A DNA stretch of 62,372 nt, counting the filler, from Sphacelaria rigidula (taxonomy: Eukaryota), in the NCBI GenBank assembly GCA_964200075.2. It is 7 parts of 7 records of this genome, joined end to end, with 100 filler letters (N's around TTAATTAATTAA, not from the genome) between each part and the next. Parts side by side here need not be neighbours in the genome. Positions count along the whole stretch, not along the records: positions 17,851 to 26,675 come from CAXNAA020010016.1; positions 26,776 to 35,600 come from CAXNAA020010017.1; positions 35,701 to 44,524 come from CAXNAA020010018.1; 4 more parts are not named here. The stretch is one strand, 5' to 3'. The position numbers and the translations under genes were made by a program. Below, one piece after another: positions 23,047-35,899 of the stretch (positions are counted from its first letter, which is position 1; the number at the start of each line of letters is the position of its first letter). Under the pieces are notes generated by a model that worked only from the letters and a program-made list of their open reading frames with translations, made no database searches and was not told the DNA's origin.

Positions 23047-24924
23047 AAGCTAGATATATTCAATATGAGCCCACATATGTGTACACCTAGGGCACCAGCT
23101 TATTCGTCAGGTACCAAACAGCAGCAAATTATCGAGCCTCAAGCGCAACGGTAGGAACTCCACACTCGAGACCAGAAATATTCATACCTCGAGGTTTGTC
23201 CTGGACGGCGGGGGTGATGATAGCATACTCATGTCCCTTTTTTTTGTCGCTGCGTTGTCTCGGTGTGTGGCTGGTAAGTTTAGCTCTCTCATTTTTTGCT
23301 CTATCTGGTTCTTTGCATTTTCCCCCGTACCGTATCAGCGTTTGAGTGTCCCTCGTTGATGCATGTTGTGACCGATAGTTCTCCCTTCTTCACTCGGCAG
23401 TGTCCGTGTACTGTAGGCTCTTCCTAGGGCATGTTCATGTTTTGGCCACGATTTGATTCGTGGTGCACCGAGTAGTGTGAAATAATGAGTGAGAGGGCGA
23501 CAACATGCGATTTTGACGGGGCAGTTCGGCGTTTAGGCAAATGTTGTGGTCTTTGCGATGTTGGTCCGAGCAATTCTGTCACGCGTGTTCACGGTACTCC
23601 ATCAGATTCCCCACATCATGATGCAAACCCAATGCGTCTGATACATCGTTCCAAAGCTGCGATGGATGATTCATTTGGAAATTGCGGATTACATGGACGA
23701 TGCATCCCACTCGTTACACCGTGTGAGCGCACTGCGCTCTTTCTGATGAGACCGCAACATGTCTTTCGAAAATGCGGTTTGCGCATCTTCTTGCGTGAAT
23801 GAGTGAATTCAACCAAACGCAATGGTGATGATGATGAAAAGTACGATGTGTTCGGCGGACAACAATGTTCCGTGAGATTGATAATTTAGGATACGATTGA
23901 GATTGGCAAGCGGTGAATTAATTATTGGAGCAGTTTCAGTGCCTAAGTGCCCCTCCGGCACCTGAACAAGGCTCGATACGCTTTCTGTTGTAGCTTGCCA
24001 CTGAAGCTCGTGATATCTCTGGGTAGGATATCGTCTAGCTGTAAGCACGCGACAACGTTACAGGCAAGAAAGATCGCACACTATAGAAAAATGGTTTACT
24101 GTGCCTTGAAACGAATGATAAAACTCTCTCTCACTCAATCCCAGACTTGACCTCACGAAAGTTGTTATACTTTGCATTCTCAGTTGTTGGCTACAGTAGA
24201 CATCGGCATCTGAGGCCGTAGATGCCATAGTAAACCCATTGTGTTTCGTTGATCGTTTGATATGTCCAGCTCTACCTACCCTTGGTTTTGCGCACATACA
24301 CATGATGTCGCAGGACGACGGGCCCATGAAGCATGATGGTGCCGTATTCTGGACTAATAATGCAGACGGATTGCGCCGAGACCGTATTTCGAAACAGGGC
24401 TCACTGGAGCGAGGAATATATATTTCTTTTCAGACACATTTCAGCCCTGAGGCAGTGTGTTGCAGCCCGGAAATAGTTCCCTGTCCCACCGCACAAGGAT
24501 AACATGTCCTGCTTCACAAAGTCATACTTTCATTTCTCGACCGTATGCCTGTCGTGGTCCTACGCATTCTCATATCGTCGTGATTGTCGACGCTTAACGC
24601 CTCAGCGTAGCATTTCCACACGAACGTTGCCGTGGATTTTTTTCTTCGGTTGTCAAGCAGTGCGTCGTCCCCTGACCCGGTGAATCTTGAAGGCTCGCCG
24701 GACTCGCGAAATAATTTGAACTTTTCTCATCCCTGGGAAAATCGCATATAAAAGCAGGTGTTTACACGTAGCAAGATATCAGGAAGGAATAATCCAAAAG
24801 GTCAACCTATCTGACCAATTTTGTTTTCTCTACACTGCGTACTATAATGCTAAATCCGGAGGGGTGTTAACCACGCGTGGTCGATGAAGAAATTTCTCGA
24901 AAACATATTTTTCTCAAGGGTAGC

Positions 24925-26030
24925 TCTATTTCCAAGTCGCGACCTGCACATCGCTACGATTCGACGCCGTGCCCGCGTTCGTGCCATGTGCCTTGTAACG
25001 ATGCCACAACACCCGGAATACCGGTACTATAACACGGTCCGTAACCATTGTTCAAGCCTTCGCACAGTGCAAACGGCCTCGTTGCGGACGAGAAATGCGC
25101 GTGCTGCACAGCGCCAATAAATATCGCCGCCCGACTGGAGTTGGACACAATCTATGTCCAAGTCGAGACTCGGATATAGCTCATGTCCAACTACAGCGAG
25201 TGGACTACCTGTCCGTGCTTGTCCCATGTGCCTTACATCGACGCGATATCAGCTGCAATATACTCACACAGTCCGTAGCCATCGTTCAAGCCTTCGCACA
25301 GTGCAAACGGCCTCGTTGCGGACGAGAAATGCGCGTGCTGCACAGCGCCAATAAATATCGCCACCCGACCGGAGTTGGACACAAGTTATGTCCAAGTCGC
25401 AACTTGGACATAGCTTATGTCCAACAACAGCGAGTGGAGTACCTGTCCGTGCTTTTCCCATGTGCCTTATGTCGACACCATAGCAGCTGCAATACACCCG
25501 CACAGTCCGTAGCCATCGTCCAAGCCTTCGCACGGTGCAAACGGCCTCATTGCGGACGATTAATGCTTCTGCTCCACACTGCCAATAAATAGCGCCGCCC
25601 GAGCGGGGTTAGACACAAGCTACGTCCAAGTCGCAACTTGGACATCGCTTTTGTCCAACGCCAGCGAGTGGAATACCTGTCGGCGTTCGTCATATGTGCC
25701 TTGTGTCAACACCATAGCAGCTGCAATACACTCACACAGTCCGTGGCCATCATTCAAGCTATCGCGGGGTGCAAATGGCGTCGTAGCGAACGAGGAACGC
25801 GCCTGCTAAACACAGTGCAAATAAATACCACCACCGACCGTTGGATATGAGCTACGTCCAAGTCCAGCGAGCGAAACACCAGTACTCGCTCGCCCCATGT
25901 GCCTTGTGTCGACACCACAGCAGCTGCAATACACTCACACAACCCGCAGTCACCGTCGAAGCCATCGTGGGGTTCAAACGGCGTCATAGCGGAGGAGAAA
26001 CGAACGTGCCTGCTGCACACAGTACCACTT
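24925..26030. repeat. Tandem array of about five ~234-bp units
   Basis: Anchor tccaagtc at 24931, 25157, 25391, 25625 and 25857; a diverged single copy lies on the minus strand at about 27630-27740. Confidence 0.92.
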
Positions 26031-26675
26031 AAGGCACTACTGTAGCCAGAAGAGCGACTCAATCGACATGGTCTAAATTACGCACGTTGGGCGTTAATAC
26101 TCTCCCCCTGCTACTGACTGCCGGTTATTTAGGGCCTGTTTCTGGATCTCCGCGCTGGCTGTTCTGCCCGCCCCTTCCGACCGTAGCACCCCTCTGCTGC
26201 TTGTTAGTAGGCTCTAGTAAGACCCACAAGCCCACCGGCGCGCTTGCCTCCGTGCTGTATGCAGCTAATAATGGTAGCTTTATGCTACGCACGCTCTGAT
26301 ATTATTCAAGACGCACACGATAGTCATATAATTCTTTGGTGCGCTCCTGACTCTTGCGATTGATCAGGCCATCAAACCACCTCATCATGCTCAATATTAA
26401 CAACACTCCACGTTTGACTAAGGAACTATCCAGAGCAGGTGGTCTCGACTGTTGAAGGCGAAACCCGTCCGGGACCACCATCCCGATAGGCGCATCGTCC
26501 GGTGACCCTGTATGTATTCATATAATAAGAGGTTCACACAGGTCTCACATCATGACCACAAGCTAAAGCTACATAGCATGGCTGTGTGGACATACACTCG
26601 CAATCAGTGTACTTCCTCTGTCCCATAAGCCTGTATCGTTATGTTTGTACGAGCCCTTATTATATGAATACATAC

Positions 26676-26775
26676 NNNNNNNNNNNNNNNNNNNNNNNNN
26701 NNNNNNNNNNNNNNNNNNNTTAATTAATTAANNNNNNNNNNNNNNNNNNNNNNNNNNNNNNNNNNNNNNNNNNNN
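26676..26775. other. Artificial contig linker
   Basis: N44-TTAATTAATTAA-N44. Confidence 0.97.
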
Positions 26776-27796
26776 CGAAGATTTTAATCCTCCGGGTTCT
26801 CATCCTCAATCAAAAGCACCATCCTCAACATAGATGATTCGCTGTTTACAGTGTAGGCTACACCCTGAAAAGCACGGTGTGACGGTGCTATCAGGCCACA
26901 GTCCGACCCTCACCAACACTTTGTGCTGGTAGCAGACTTTGCTGCGCGGCTTGCGCGCCGGCTCCGTTTTGAGGTTTGTTACAACTCTCAAGTGTTCAAA
27001 GCTCTACAGGCTGCTGAATGCCCAGGTAGGGTGCTGCTTCTCGAGACGATACAGAACCCAGACAAACCAGGAAGGTAGATAAGGAGTTAGCTAGAGCATA
27101 GGGCATAGATTGAGATCTGCTCAACATATGTAGGTGTGCGAGTATTTCTCCGCGTACGTTACACGCCAACCGGCACATATTATACCGACTGTACTCTCCA
27201 GACGTACAACATGGGTGATGCGTGAACNNNNNNNNNNTATGATTCGTGTGCAGTACAGGCCAAACCACGCGTGAGTAGCCCCTGCATCTGTGACTTATGA
27301 ATTCTGTGCTCACATTGTCTCGCTGGCTATAAACTGCGCCAAGCAGCAAGAACTCACATGCTAATATGAGCCAGCGGTGCCACCCGCTTGCCGCGGTGTC
27401 GGGCTCACGTTTGGTCTACAAAGCTGCCGCTGTGAAGAGTACGGATACGAACGAAGTCTTCCCGCTGCCTATACCCAACCCATGACCTCAGCTACCACGG
27501 TAACAACTTGATGTTCTTTCCACCGGCGTCCGGGCTTGCCTTTTCGAAGCTTGCGGCCTTTTCGATCACTTATCTGTGATCAGCACATCGTTTGTAGCAC
27601 AACGTTGTGACAGCCAAGCACGTATCTCATCCGCCACGGGTCCGTTTGCTCCGTGTGATGGCTTGAACGATAGCTAGAGACTGTGTGAGTGTTTGCCATG
27701 TGTTGCTGTGTCCATGCGGGGCTTGTGGGACGGATGAAGAACGTTGACGGAGGTAACAGATTACGTCAACGTTGACGTAAATAGCAAGACCCTATT

Positions 27797-28768
27797 TTGT
27801 ATGAATCCCAAAATATAAAATCGGCTGTGATGAATGCTGTTTCGGAGGCCTTTTATAGTGCAGAAGGGACTGCCAACGTCCTTGTGTACACATACATCCC
27901 TCAGTGGAGTGTCCCCAAACGTTTGTTATCCGATAACGGCCCACATGTTGCCGGCAAACTTTCTGCCGCGATCAGTAATCTCCTGGGTGCCCATCGTATT
28001 TTTACTAGTTCATATCATCCGTTCACAAACGGTGGGACCGAACGAGTTAATCACACGATGGCGCAAGTGCTTGCCACAGTGACCAATGAGCGACAAACGG
28101 ACTGGGATCTGCACTTGCCCCTTGTCCAAATGAACTACAACAACTCCGTCAATGCCGCCACAGGCTTGGCTCCCATTATAATTCATATTGGTCGTATGCC
28201 CAGGCTGCCATTGACAGTGTTCGACAGGAAACCCTCTGGTGATCATCAGAGTTTGGATCGGGATATCGTGGAGTATCATATGTCTGTTAGTAATCGTCTT
28301 CGCCTTGCATATGAGGTGGTACGGGACCAGAATTTGATCAACGCAGCAAAGGTAGCTAAGGCAAACCGCGTGTTGGATGATGCAGTAAACAACCGTTCGG
28401 TGTACAAAGTAGGTGACTGGGCATGGGTGTATAACGATGTGAGAACTGTAACCCAAGGTGCAAGCTCTGCTAAGTCGTCGTCGGATAAAGTGTTGAAGTC
28501 GAAGCTTTGCTTGAATTGGACTGGTCCTTAGAATATTTTGGCAGTTGGGCCCTGTGATACCGCACCTGACGATAAACCAGTAGGTGAGAAGCTTATGTAC
28601 TTGGATTTCCCCACGAATGAACCTGGCGTCAAACCCAAAAACCGGGTCTCGATGCTTCGGTGCAAGCCGTGTCTGCCCCCTCACGACACCAGTGACCTGC
28701 CCAAGCAATTGCCTATGGGGCTCAGTCAGTATGTGCTTGTTTGTAGGATGGCCTACGGTGGTCAGTAA
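27797..28768 (+). mobile_element. Ty3/Gypsy LTR-retrotransposon integrase remnant (pseudogene)
   Basis: Integrase core PKRLLSDNGPHV...TSSYHPFTNGGTERVNHTMAQVL...WDLHLPLVQMNYNNSVNAATGLAP. An in-frame TAG at 28529-28531 replaces the Y of the GPY motif (WTGP*NILAVGP) and the frame continues beyond it. The N-terminal part is missing. Confidence 0.92.
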
Positions 28769-30034
28769 GATACACTTAGTCAGGGTAAGGTACAACAGTC
28801 TAGTGATATACCTGTTTGAGTTCCGGGTACTACGCGGAATGACTTTATATTGTGATGTTAGTGACTGGACATACGTGAGTGGTGCTTGTCGCATCTTGGT
28901 ACCTTGGCCCCCATAGGGCCCACTCTCCCCTTCCTTCCCTCTTCATCAACAAAGCTTTACATACATTTCTACCTCATCTTGATCGGCAGTCAGCCGTGTC
29001 CATTGATCGACTATGTGAGTCGAGTCTGCACTCCATCCTCTCACGGGGTCACGAAGCTACAAACAGACATTGCCCATCGGTAGCCATCACCGACGATACT
29101 GTTGTCGTCTACTGCGACAGATTCTATTGCTACTGCAGTAGACGCCGTCTATATCCCAGAGTGTGGCATATTTGGAGGCTTAGCTATTAATAGTAAGCCT
29201 GTAGCTGATGTAACGTGCGGTGCCGCAATGATGCCAGACGTTCATCGTTGCGAGGACGGCCGCTTTACAAGCATGCACAATCAATCTTATAACTTCGCTT
29301 CATCAAGCGCCGAACCTTTTATTATTTCAGAGCTAACTGAAAATAGACCCGCCTGAAAGATGGTTCGCGGAGTGTCAGGTCAGATATAGGGAGTGAATAA
29401 TAAGATGGGATCGTTGTGTCTCGCTCGCAAGTAGAGTGTGCCGGGCTTCAAAAAAATGGGCAGATGGAATGTAGAGCTAGTCGCAATGATATGAAGGGTG
29501 TACTCACACGCAGAGCGAAATTGAGTACACTCGCCAAGCACGTACACAGTACACATCTACTTCCCCCGTTGAAGCCTGGGGCTCTCCCGGCTGATGCGTA
29601 TCTACTACTCCCGAGTGCCCTGACCAGTTGGCGGCGGGAGCGTACTAGCACAGACGAAAGGTTAAACCACAACAGAAAAACAATCCATCGCCAGTCAAGG
29701 GCACCCTGAACGAATTCTGTCAAGGACGCGGAAGCAGCAACATGAATGGTGAAGACATGGGAGACCGAGCCCATTCTTTGCTGATTCACACGCGGAAATC
29801 ACCTGCAATCCAATCGCCAAACGGCTACGTCCAAGCGCAACGAAGACGCTTAACACAGAGCAAGTGGACGCGTGAAGGGCTAGCCAGCCATGTGCCCGCA
29901 GCTTACTGATCGGTCGTCAACATCTTTGACGTCCCCAGCAAATATTGTCACCGGCATGCATGATACTTCGGTGTTGTTCACCTCGTGTCTTCCTGAGATG
30001 AGAGCTCACTTACAGAAAGCCACAATACATCGGA

Positions 30035-31357
30035 TCATGGCTTTTGAAGAGGTACTGACGCCACAAGTTTCCAATCTTCCACCACCCCCTCCGTGCACCA
30101 CACTTGCAGGCTGTCCAGAATAATCTGCTTGTTTCGCACGCTCTCGTCGACGCCCTCTCGGATCTCTTCACGTTTCTCCATCGGGAGGTCACCGTAGAGC
30201 AGACTGATGTGCGGCATATAGGCCGCCATGTCGGCTGCTTCTTGCCCGAATATCGCTCTGGGTTGCCGTCGAAACGGCGGAATGTAAGAAAAGGTCCACG
30301 ACATGACAATTTGCGGTGGAGGTCGGGTGTGCGTACTCGCGATTGACTACATCTGATCCACCACATATGCGATTGCGATACGTGAAAGTTGGTGGATGCT
30401 ACGATTTCGACAAGCTAGAAGACTGACGGGACATAATTCGACGTGATGCAGACAGCGCTAGTGTTTCACCAAACCACTCTACCTTGTTCGGCGATGAACG
30501 GTATAACTCGTGGTCACCCCATGCTGTGACTGGTACCTTGGCACAAGAGCTAGCCACGCTATATCATACTCCAAAACTTCTCGACGTAGCTAGAGAAAAC
30601 CACAATCAGCTGCGACCAGAGAGTTATAGGTGGTATGCCGTCTACATACACTGCTCCTGGAATACACCACACATCACGATGCTTTGTTTTTTACCTTGCG
30701 GCGTTGTGGGCGTCAAGAAGGATCTGATCTTGTGCGATGAGTGCAAACACCTGGTATTCACGAGCACAACAGATCGTCGAGCTGAAACGCAGGCAAAGAA
30801 AACTTAGTACATCCTCAACGGAGAGCGGAGCACTGCTAAATACGCTGCACACGATAGTGGTACATAATTCGGCGTAGGGTAAAAAGCAATTTTGCGTGTG
30901 GCAATGTTGCACACGTGTGCGTGAGGTACGGGCACAACACGTGAGTGCAGGGGTGGTGTACGAATACCGTAGCAGGTGATACGGAGCATTTTCGCATTTA
31001 TGAACTTGATCATCATCTCGATGCGTTCGCTCACTGAAGAAGGCGGGAAACGCCCACTACGCGAAGGATCACGCGGAGGTCTCACACGATCAGGCGCTGC
31101 TACCAAGAAACTCACGCTTTGAAAGTAGAGATCCTTACACGCCGCTCGTTCCACCCTAGCAGAGATAGCCTTCAGCTCCAAGGCTAATTTTTCTGTCTTC
31201 GAAACTACCTCGGCTTCTCCTCCTTCTGGCTTTACTCCTGCGATCAGCGTCGCATGGGGCCCGAAACTGGGCGTTTTATGCTCGGAGCTGAATCGATGGA
31301 TGATATCCTGAAAACTTGACTTGGCCGGTTCTCCCGGAACAAGCCATAGGGAGTGAC
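30035..31357 (-). CDS. Cyclic phosphodiesterase (2H phosphoesterase, CPDase-like), 5'-partial; exons 31357-31116, 30750-30695, 30257-30035
   Basis: Exons splice in frame. Both catalytic Hx(T/S) motifs are present (FGPHATL and YMPHISLLYGD), with N-terminal HSLWLVP and C-terminal LQVWCTEGVVEDWKLVASVPL. The start exon was not identified. Confidence 0.88.
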
Positions 31358-32299
31358 CTTGCAGACGTGAGTTCACCCGCAGCGGAACCAAGATGGTGAG
31401 TTACAAATTGTTTGATGACGGTATAGTCTATCCCAACGTAAATATCAGAGTTCGAAATAGAAAGAAAATTGTGGCGATTTCCGGCTAGCTCGCTCTAATA
31501 TGCAATGGACCCGCAGTGTTAACTTACAAGCATTTCGAGTGGAAAATGTGGGAAATTGAGTAATGTCCGTGTACAATCATATACACACATGCACAGTCAC
31601 GTCGCGACGTCCTCCATCTTCAACCTTAACTCTCTGTGGTTTGGAAATACAGAAATCACGTCGGAGGGATTTACTGTCTTCCTCAAGTTGATGTAGTGCT
31701 GTGCGTACATGTTAAACCCTTCAGGAAAGATACGACTGTTCGAATCAATCGCCAGGTTCTAAGACACGAAAATTAATGCCATAAAAGGCTACAAAAAAAA
31801 ACATGGGTTGGTGCTCCACGAGAATCGCCACGACTGAGCAACCCGATTGCAGAAATTTGGAGCTCACTATTATGTGTGGGCACCACCTACGTAGCCGCGA
31901 CTGGGGTTTACTCCTAGCCCATGGCTTTACATGAAGTACGAATCAAGCAATGATTCCCATGTAGTACTAATTATCGCGAATCAATCAACTGTAAAGCAAC
32001 TGTGATACATACACAGTCGGAACTCGCGATCAGTACGACATGGTCCATGGCTGGAAAGTTCCGGCGCTTGTTCGTGTAGCATGATTTCAACCTTACAGCG
32101 TCCCCACCCGCCCTTCAAGACACGATATTCTCGTACATTTCAACAAGCTATGATCTGCGCAACACGACGCTCTTGCATCTTATGAAAAAATGTGTGATTT
32201 GTATGGCGCACCTCTTTCGCTCGTTTTGGCAACCTCCGATTCCAACGGCACGGCTCATGACGCACATTTTGACAACTTGTAAGGGGTAAGGGTGTTAGC

Positions 32300-32641
32300 T
32301 CAGTGGACATGTTGTACATCTAACACGTCGCGAGACAGCCAGTCGAGGTAAGTAACCAGTGTGGCCGCCTTGATATCCTGAAGTGAAAATTGGGAATTAA
32401 GTCGTTTTTGCTGGCGAATGTAGTCATATGCGGGCGGGAGCGCGCGAAGTATGAGGTCTTCGAATCGTATGTCAGATACGGGATCGCCCGAGATCCGCGA
32501 ATGCTCTCGATTATTCTCCATATCTAACAAAAGCACAACCGGGGTTCGATCCCTCCGAGGACCATCTTGACGCCTTTTTCTGCAGAATGAACAATCTGGG
32601 GAAAAGTCTGGTACACACCAGTCGTCAAAATGAAGACGCAT
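32300..32641 (-). mobile_element. Decayed Copia-like gag fragment
   Basis: GDPVSDIRFEDLILRALPPAYDYIRQQ...FSLQDIK resembles the Copia gag motif (LxxLPxxY); the flanks are disrupted. Recognised from memory, not from a search. Confidence 0.5.
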
Positions 32642-35600
32642 GTTCCCGCCTGTAAGCCGACGAACCGCTTGGGGCAGCGCTGATTAGAGGGATTACAACC
32701 CACGGGTAAAACCGGAGTCCAACAGTCTAACCAACTGTCGGACCCCGGTTGTACATCTAACAAAGGGGTGGTATATACTGCCCTTTTACTAGATGTGTGT
32801 GGTGTGTGCTGTAGCAATCAACTGTATTGTGGTGCGCATACCGTGGCCACACGGAGCACAGGCATTTTGAACACACTCGGTGGTGATCCATATAGCCACA
32901 TGCACGCCTGCACATGCCTTGTGTTCACGGGTCAGAAACCGCTCAGCTGGTGAAGACGAAGAAGCGCAATCACGGACGTCTCTCAAACTACACTCTTTTG
33001 GGCTGAAGATAGACAAAACCCGAAGATTCGAACCACTTCAGCGGCGATTGAAATCGGATACGATGGCGAGTATTTCTGGGCTGCACCGTCACTCTAATGG
33101 GTCGAAATGAAGGTCCGCCGCACATACACCACAATCTTGCCCGCCGAGATGTATAAAGTAGTATGCGGGATAGATGAACCAGACTGTTGGGCGTAGAGCC
33201 AGATCTCTCCACGAGAGGGGGGACTACTATTAATAGTAACCGGGAACACGTGTGTGGTGTCCGAGATAATGACACAACGTGGCGTTCGCGTCTTTCAAGT
33301 TGTTCGTTTCCTCCAAATTTCTACTCGGCAAACATCGGACTTCCAAGTAACGGAGCACAAACGTGGGGAAATGTGTATGAGAAGTTTGGCAGATTAGGGA
33401 ACACATGTCAACAAGCGCAGCGGACGCTTTCATCCTATAGCTGCGACAACCACATATCACTGATGTATCGACTCCACCTTACAACTCGCACTGTATTGTG
33501 CGGGATCACTAGGGTACTCTGTCTTGCACTCATTTGTGCAGACTGTAGGGTTCCCGCTAGGGCCGGGGGATAGGCGGGGTGTAACCCTCCCAGCCCCCAG
33601 TTTCTTTCCTTGTTCCTCGCTTCAAGCTCCTCCCCTCTCTCGGGACGATTCTGTGTTCTCAGCGGATCAACCCATAATAATGGTGCGACATGTACAGAAA
33701 CGGTGAGGCGTCATTACTCCCACCCTTCGTTTGTGCGACATGACTCGAACGCATATGTCCCCATCCGCCATTCCAGCGGCACGGATTCACAGTACATGTT
33801 CCCATCCATCATTCTGACGGGACGAACCAAAGGCGCGGTTTGCCTGCACGTCATCAGCACGACGCGAATCAAACGTCATTTTTTGTACACCCGTCATTTG
33901 TATGGCACAAGTCAACTGCACGATTCCCCCAATGTGACACTTGAAAAAATGACTACGCGTACATTATTCCCAACTTTGATCGTAAAAAGGTGCATTTCTC
34001 ACCCATAATTTGTGTGGCACTCAGCAAACGTTGAGGCTACATATTGGGGTCGGCGATACACAAAACCGGGCACCAGTAATTTCTGGTGGAATATCAGACC
34101 CGCGCTGGTATTCCCACCGGTGGGTATTTGTTTTATAGCATATTATGTCGTATTCCGTTTGCATATATTTATTATATGCACTCTCTTCTGGAATGCTACG
34201 GGCTGCCGCATACGATATAGGGAAGAGGGGAGGGAGATGAGGGCAGGGGCACTAGGTGCGCGATGGCGGGCTCGAGTGAAGAATTGGTGATGCGCCAATA
34301 TACCACCAAGATGATCTCCCTCCCGCTAACGCATTCAGTTTTCAGATCCTTCAGGGGGGGGGTATAGGCATGTTGAGGTGGGGCAGGCAGGGGGGGGGGG
34401 GAGAAGTGCCGCTATTTGCCTACCCACAGTGACCCCACATGTTATATTCCAGGCAGGCCATTTGTGAGAATCGGGATAGGTGGCGCTTTTCGCGGACATG
34501 GGATTACTACCTTTGAGGCACTGGTGTGCTTCTCGGTAATACACGTGGATCTCTGATTGGGATCAATATGTACTGGTAGATGACACATATACTGATATGA
34601 AGTTGAAATTGATCAGCAGCGGTGCCAATATGCTACTTATGAGCTCAACTTCGATGATAGATGAAGCCGGAGCGCGGATGGTTCCTGCCTCGGCGGTGTC
34701 TCTGCCTGGGGGCTGATTTCGCTCCAGTACGAATATATTCATCGAAGATATACGGATAAAAGTGGCTGCACAAATCTCTCGATAAGAATTTTGTAACGAT
34801 AAGAAGGTGATGCTGAGATAGCCCCCCCCAGAAAAGTGGGTGATTGAAGGAGGCAAAATCTACAAGCGAATCAAAATGACAAAAGCCGAGCACACCGACC
34901 AGCTGGGAGCTCCCACGCCTTGGATAGTTTGTGCCGATGTTGCCCACATGAAGCGCTCCATGCAGTCTGGAACAAGCTACCATGTGCCGTATGGTTATTT
35001 TCTTAGTGAAGGTGTTGGGGCTGGTTTGGGGGGGGGGCTATCGCAAGATTACTGGAAACTGACTGGTGCATAACCTTGTAGGAAGTACATGTTTACCCAC
35101 CCGTTCGTACGGGAAGCTTTGCACGAATCTTGCTCGAATCTTGGTTCGAACGATGCATGAATGATTCATCAGTACAATACGCCCATCCAGGCGTAAAATG
35201 TGGCGAAGTATTGGCTTTGGGTGTTGTCCTACATATTCACATGGGCCACCGTGTCTATGCTAAAACAATGATGTGATGCATTAAGGGGGACACGGGGCAA
35301 CGAACGAAGGAGGCAACGTGAATAGCCGAATTACGCATTAATATCCACCATTACATCGCCTCCCGCGGCCCTTCGTTGTATCTCATGGCATTGTAGGTGT
35401 TGTTATAATAAGGCATTTCTGTATCACAGCGCAGGAAAGCCAAACCACCACCTTCCAGTCCGGTCTTGAGTTGCACAAATGTGTAGAGAGAGGTGGAGCG
35501 CGCACGAGTGGGGGGACGGGGGGGGGGGGGGGGGGGGTAAAAAAAAAGGGGCGAGGTAAAAATGGGTAAAATACTGTACAGCCGAACTGCGGACGGGCCG

Positions 35601-35700
35601 NNNNNNNNNNNNNNNNNNNNNNNNNNNNNNNNNNNNNNNNNNNNTTAATTAATTAANNNNNNNNNNNNNNNNNNNNNNNNNNNNNNNNNNNNNNNNNNNN
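35601..35700. other. Artificial contig linker
   Basis: N44-TTAATTAATTAA-N44. Confidence 0.97.
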
Positions 35701-35899
35701 TGCAGCAACGGAATTACAGTACCATTCCGGGCTGAATCGACTGCCCACCACTGTCGTTGCTCAATAGCTGTTCTCAGGCAAGACCTTCCCGGTCACGGCT
35801 TAACGGCGCGGGTCACAAATGCAATGGCAGGTGGTTAATCATAGGAAACCTCTGTTCCTGTAAGCGCGCAGCCATCCTTGCTTGCATGTGTGCGTGAGA

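Noticed and set aside
20726..28768. EsV-1-7 gene, tandem arrays and integrase as one acquisition or defence system
   Set aside because: The integrase is in a different contig beyond the 26676-26775 linker and is an ordinary broken Gypsy remnant.
28010..28894. 294-aa ORF on the - strand
   Set aside because: Antisense to the integrase remnant, with no independent motifs.
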